A stretch of 63,426 bases of DNA, the filler included, from Chiloscyllium plagiosum (taxonomy: Eukaryota), in the NCBI RefSeq assembly GCF_004010195.1. It is 3 parts of one record of this genome, joined end to end, with 100 filler letters (N's around TTAATTAATTAA, not from the genome) between each part and the next. Parts side by side here need not be neighbours in the genome. Positions count along the whole stretch, not along the records: positions 56,143 to 63,426 come from NC_057716.1; 2 more parts are not named here. One strand, given 5' to 3'. Below the pieces are notes generated by a model. The model ran no database searches, was not told where the DNA came from, and saw only the letters and a list, made by a program, of their open reading frames with translations. Both the position numbers and the translations under genes were made by a program. Positions 63,200 through 63,426 of this stretch are shown in pieces (the first letter of the stretch is position 1; each line of letters begins with the position of its first letter).

Positions 63200-63426
63200 T
63201 TCACCTCATCCCCAAACACAGACACACAGAACACACACATACACACACAGAGAATACAGGCGCACACATAAACACAGGCACAGGGACACAGAGACACACA
63301 TACAGACACACCCACAGGTACACAGACACACACACACATACAGACACACAGCACACAGACACACAGGCACACACACAGACACACAGACACACACAGACAC
63401 ACCCGCAGGCGCACACATGGGCATAC
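63200..63426. repeat. Degenerate (CA)n simple repeat
   Basis: Direct reading. Similar low-complexity tracts at 36920-37190, 45050-45580 and 60050-60690. Confidence 0.85.

Overview
Eukaryotic, repeat-saturated, gapped draft-assembly DNA. The HE1/V-SINE plus CR1 content points to a cartilaginous fish, probably a shark (inference). Most of the window is nested, decayed retroelements: many CR1 LINE pieces including one near-full-length copy (13.5-17.25 kb), Penelope-like elements (PLE) and short fold-back derivatives, a Gmr1-type (IN-RT-RH) Gypsy relic, L2/CR1-group and Rex1 3' ends, tRNA-SINEs and a Tigger-like MITE. There are also three minisatellite families (33, 23 and 21 bp) and telomere-like tracts. 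No host gene can be named. A plausible first coding exon lies on the minus strand at 24302-24382, and a weaker chain of minus-strand exon candidates lies at 45.0-55.8 kb. The most notable hidden structure is about 20 dispersed minimal hammerhead-ribozyme motifs (CUGAnGA-stem II-GAAA-palindromic stem III) carried by three PLE-derived short repeat families. A 146-bp L1-like mini-element with a YY1 motif, poly(A) and target-site duplication is also unusual. Two artificial N44-TTAATTAATTAA-N44 linkers mark scaffold joins. Family names come from motif recognition only; no searches were run, and boundaries of decayed repeats are approximate.
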